A DNA stretch of 64,000 nt from Minisyncoccota bacterium (GTDB taxonomy: Bacteria > Patescibacteriota > Minisyncoccia > Phycocordibacterales > VMEP01): the NCBI GenBank assembly GCA_041661305.1, contig JBAZUR010000001.1:33591-97590 (forward strand), given 5' to 3'. Of the stretch, positions 60,975 through 64,000 are shown piece after piece. Numbering within the stretch: position 1 is the first letter of the stretch; every line of letters starts with the position of its first letter. A program made the position numbers and the translations under genes. The notes below the pieces were generated by a model. The model ran no database searches. It worked only from the letters and a program-made list of their open reading frames with translations, and was not told where the DNA came from.

Positions 60975-61823
60975 TTATCCAAACTTAATAAGGAGAACGA
61001 TAAGGAATGAAAGGAAAATAAAAAACAATCCTTTTGCGGTGATTTTCTCCTTGAAAAATAACGAGGCGAGTAAACTGGTGAAAAAAGTATAGAGTCCAAT
61101 AATTACGTGAACTAGTGATATTGGCCCAAGTGAAAGTGCTTTTATAATTGTGTAAGTCACCCCAAATTGAAGAACTCCGCTCGCAGCAGACCATTTGAGC
61201 ATTTCGCCGTGAGTTAAGTCTTTTATAGAGATATGTTTTCGTTTGTAAAACAAGATTATAAAGGATGCGATAAGCGCGAATGTTAATTGCCAAAAAATAA
61301 AATTATATATATTTACATGGTCTGCTCCAGCTTTTTGAATAAACTTGTTGAAAGTTGAGAGCAGTGAAATAAACATGAAAGACGGCAATATTTCAACAAT
61401 AAAATGTATTTTGTTGTTCCAGTATTGCGATATAAAAAGTAGAACCGAAAGGGAAACAGCAACCCACTGAATAAAAGTGATTGTTTCGTTGAGAAAAAGA
61501 ACCCCACCGATAATGACCAAAATATTAGAAACTAGACTTGTGAATGGAAATACACTACTTGTGTCTTGTTTGTGCAAAACATGCATTTGGGTAAGTGAAA
61601 GTATTGAATAGCCCGTTCCCCACAAAAGAGCGAATATAACTGTTTTGACGTCAAAAGAAATGTAATTATATAAAAAAATTCCAGCTAAAATTGAGGCAAA
61701 AAAATAAGACCACACCGAAAGTGTGTATTTGTTAATTTGTTTAGCTGCTGGGACTTTATACAGAGTCATTAACAAGCTTACCTGTACTAAGCCCATAGCA
61801 GCATAGATTGCCCAGCTGTTCAT
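60975..61823 (-). CDS. EamA/DMT family transporter
   Basis: About 10 TMs; FLNE and FFKEK repeat signature. Confidence 0.85.
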   Translation of the reverse strand: MNSWAIYAAMGLVQVSLLMTLYKVPAAKQINKYTLSVWSYFFASILAGIFLYNYISFDVKTVIFALLWGTGYSILSLTQMHVLHKQDTSSVFPFTSLVSNILVIIGGVLFLNETITFIQWVAVSLSVLLFISQYWNNKIHFIVEILPSFMFISLLSTFNKFIQKAGADHVNIYNFIFWQLTFALIASFIILFYKRKHISIKDLTHGEMLKWSAASGVLQFGVTYTIIKALSLGPISLVHVIIGLYTFFTSLLASLFFKEKITAKGLFFIFLSFLIVLLIKFG

Positions 61824-61837
61824 TAGATTATATTATC

Positions 61838-61860
61838 ACGCTCCGGCTTTCGAATCCTTC
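61838..61860 (-). repeat. Remnant of the tRNA-associated element (Tyr copy)
   Basis: gaaggattcgaa (antisense T-arm) followed by agccggagcg (core start). Confidence 0.6.
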
Positions 61861-61894
61861 TAAACACAAAAAATCCCTTTCGGGATTTTTTAGC

Positions 61895-61981
61895 TGGTGC
61901 GTCGGGAAGGATTCGAACCTTCGAAGGACTAAGTCCGACAGATTTACAGTCTGTTGCGATTGACCACTCCGCCACCGACGC
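61895..61981 (-). tRNA. tRNA-Tyr(GTA)
   Basis: acaga-ctGTAaa-tctgt; variable arm; encoded CCA. Confidence 0.95.
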
Positions 61982-62084
61982 ATATGGTGCTTGCGTATAA
62001 TAACTTCATAAGCGTTGTTTGTAAACTACTGGAAATTAAAAAAGGCCGTCTTGGTGACGGCCTTTTGGTTGTGATGGAATGGCT

Positions 62085-62219
62085 TCAAGGGAACCAATTG
62101 CGGTCGCTTGGCTTGCCACGCATCGCGAGCCACAGCAATAGCCCTGCAATTCCGCCTATTCCGAGTATCGCCAAAAGAAGGGCGAAAGCCGGTTTTATTA
62201 CTAGACTTAGTGCTTCCAT
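62085..62219 (-). CDS. Small membrane protein (44 aa), not in the ORF track
   Basis: AGGAG SD motif; MEALSLVIKPAFALLLAILGIGGIAGLLLWLAMRGKPSDRNWFP; terminator hairpin at about 62040-62066. Confidence 0.6.
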   Translation of the reverse strand: MEALSLVIKPAFALLLAILGIGGIAGLLLWLAMRGKPSDRNWFP

Positions 62220-62265
62220 TCTCTTCTCCTAAGGTGCGTGTCTGTTTGAGACAATAAAGTACACA

Positions 62266-62817
62266 CTAAAAGTTGTCAACGATATGCCCGAGCTCCCTAA
62301 AAGACGCCTCAAATTGTTTCATTACTTTTGTGCCACGTAAGGCAGCCGCTGGATGGAACATTGGGAATATTTTTCTTCCACTCACTTCAGATATTTTTCC
62401 TTGAGCGAGAGAAATTTTAGCATCCGATAAAAAATAATTCGTCGCAAATCGTCCAAGTGGAACGATGATTCTGGGGTCAATTATTTCTATTTGTTTTGTA
62501 AGATATGGCTCGAAGCTTTTTATTTCTTTTTCACTCGGGTCGCGGTTTAATGGTGGGCGTTTTTTAACAATATTGGTGATATAGACATCTTCGCGTTTCC
62601 AGCCAATTTTTTCGAGATTCTTATTGATTAGTTGCCCGCTACGTCCGACGAAAGGTCGTTTTTCTAAATCTTCGTTTTTACCAGGTGCTTCGCCAATAAA
62701 CATAACCATACAATCAGGGCTACCCTCACCAAAGACTAAGTTACTTTTCTTTAGTGGAAGGGAAGTATTTGCTTCAATTTCGGCCTTAAGTATTGTTAGA
62801 GCCAGCTTTTTATTCAT
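62266..62817 (-). CDS. Uracil-DNA glycosylase family 4
   Basis: GEAPG, PFVGRSG, YITN, HPAA. Confidence 0.92.
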   Translation of the reverse strand: MNKKLALTILKAEIEANTSLPLKKSNLVFGEGSPDCMVMFIGEAPGKNEDLEKRPFVGRSGQLINKNLEKIGWKREDVYITNIVKKRPPLNRDPSEKEIKSFEPYLTKQIEIIDPRIIVPLGRFATNYFLSDAKISLAQGKISEVSGRKIFPMFHPAAALRGTKVMKQFEASFRELGHIVDNF

Positions 62818-62885
62818 AAGCATATATTATAGCGTTATGTTGCAAAAAATGGTGAATTATAGTATGCTCACGAGGATTAAATCAT

Positions 62886-63044
62886 ATGTCACAGGATCAA
62901 CTCATAAAATTGTCGTGCGCAACATGCAAGCACACCAACTATTGGAGTCGCAAAAACCGCAAGAAAGTCGAGCGAAAAATCGAGCTTAAAAAGTATTGCA
63001 AGTGGTGTAAAAAAGCCACCAAACATAAGGAGTCGAAGAAATAA
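62886..63044 (+). CDS. rpmG: 50S ribosomal protein L33 (Zn-ribbon form), not in the ORF track
   Basis: MSQDQLIKLSCATCKHTNYWSRKNRKKVERKIELKKYCKWCKKATKHKESKK. Confidence 0.93.
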   Translation: MSQDQLIKLSCATCKHTNYWSRKNRKKVERKIELKKYCKWCKKATKHKESKK

Positions 63045-63077
63045 AAAACAAACCCCAGAAAGGGGTTTGTTTTTTAT

Positions 63078-63224
63078 TTGGCGGGCCCACGGGAATCGGT
63101 CACAAGTATTTTTCTGCTGAAAAATCTCGCGACCCCAGCTCGGCACGTCTGCCTCCGCCTTTCGAATCCTCACGCAAGCAAAATGATTTGCTTGCTGTGA
63201 TCCCTACGTTCACTTTGTTCACAG
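63078..63224 (-). repeat. tRNA-associated structured element (Trp copy)
   Basis: gggatcac-[hairpin]-gaggattcgaa; core; cgattcccgtgggcccgcca. Confidence 0.9.
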
Positions 63225-63295
63225 CGGGCCCACGAGGATTCGAACCTCGGTCAACGGTTTTGGAGACCGTTATTCTACCACTGAACTATAGGCCC
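63225..63295 (-). tRNA. tRNA-Trp(CCA)
   Basis: acggt-ctCCAaa-accgt. Confidence 0.95.
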
Positions 63296-63555
63296 AAACG
63301 AGGAGCGGGGCGAAATGTGTCTGCGAGCGAGAAAATTTCTGAAAGCTTACTTGCAAGAATTTTTTCGAAAGCGGATAGAAATGGTCTACATTTCATTTCG
63401 TCCGAGCGCCAGGCCTACATCTGATTTTGATATAGGCCCAATGCGTAACAGCGAGTATATCAAGTTACAAAAAATGACGCTACTTAAGTTTTAAAAATAG
63501 TGATACAAAATTAAACAAAGCCACCTTCTCGGTGGCTTTGTGCGCTTGGGGTGAA

Positions 63556-63840
63556 TTAGTCTTCAACCCCGAAGATCTTGTACGTTGATTCGCGCTGGCT
63601 ATAGACCAGAGAACCAGGATTCTCGAGCGGGTCTTGAAAAAAGCGAACCCACCCATCAACCTCATCGAGGAAACGGAAAATCACCTCTTCTCCGTCCAGT
63701 GCGTCAGACTTGATGGCGATTTGGTTGAAGGCGTCTGGTCCGCTCTCCACTTGCTTGATATCAAGGATTCGCCCTGAATCGAAGAATGTTTCGTCGGGTG
63801 TATGGACAAAGACTTTTTGTCCAATTTCAAGACTACTCAT
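63556..63840 (-). CDS. Hypothetical acidic protein (orphan)
   Basis: AAGGAG SD motif; downstream hairpin. Confidence 0.65.
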   Translation of the reverse strand: MSSLEIGQKVFVHTPDETFFDSGRILDIKQVESGPDAFNQIAIKSDALDGEEVIFRFLDEVDGWVRFFQDPLENPGSLVYSQRESTYKIFGVED

Positions 63841-63875
63841 TTGAACTCTCCTTAAGTTCTGTGACTATTTCAAGA

Positions 63876-64000
63876 CTACTTTTTCTTGCGAAGTAAGTCA
63901 ATTTTCAAAAATTTTTCTGCTTCTTTTATAATTTTTGCCTTTTCCATTGGTTTAAACCACTTTATTTCTTTGTCTTTTTTAAACCATGTTGCTTGGCGTT
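63876..64000 (-). CDS. miaA: C-terminus of tRNA dimethylallyltransferase (partial)
   Basis: RQATWFKK matches the MiaA KRQxTWF motif. Confidence 0.75.
   Translation of the reverse strand, partial: RQATWFKKDKEIKWFKPMEKAKIIKEAEKFLKIDLLRKKK

Overview
A 64-kb piece of an AT-rich bacterial chromosome. Gene content and style point to a Patescibacteria/CPR (Parcubacteria-like) organism: a streamlined valS, a VirB2-like pilin cluster, and housekeeping genes mostly without Shine-Dalgarno (SD) motifs. It carries housekeeping genes (lepA, murJ, valS, tsaD, ftsZ/ftsA, hisS, pth, rpsA, gyrA, infB, rbfA, clpB, rpmG), the RNase P RNA and 12 tRNAs. Two structures stand out. (1) A family of structured non-coding elements sits beside most tRNA genes. 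Each copy has a shared core, but its flanking arms match the particular neighbouring tRNA: an antisense copy of the tRNA 3' end split by a covarying hairpin, followed after the core by a direct repeat of the tRNA end. (2) An 8.15-kb large-serine-recombinase island at tRNA-Glu carries a LexA-DNA-methyltransferase fusion, a TaqI-like endonuclease and a TM0106 nuclease. It also contains an inverted internal copy of its own end-to-end junction (170-bp and 137-bp perfect inverted repeats), predicting two invertible modules and two alternative recombinase C-termini. Other oddities: two 120-bp MITE-like elements sitting exactly at start codons, and promoter-driven non-coding or small-ORF units behind a duplicated gene end. 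All product calls come from motif recognition by eye; no database searches were run.
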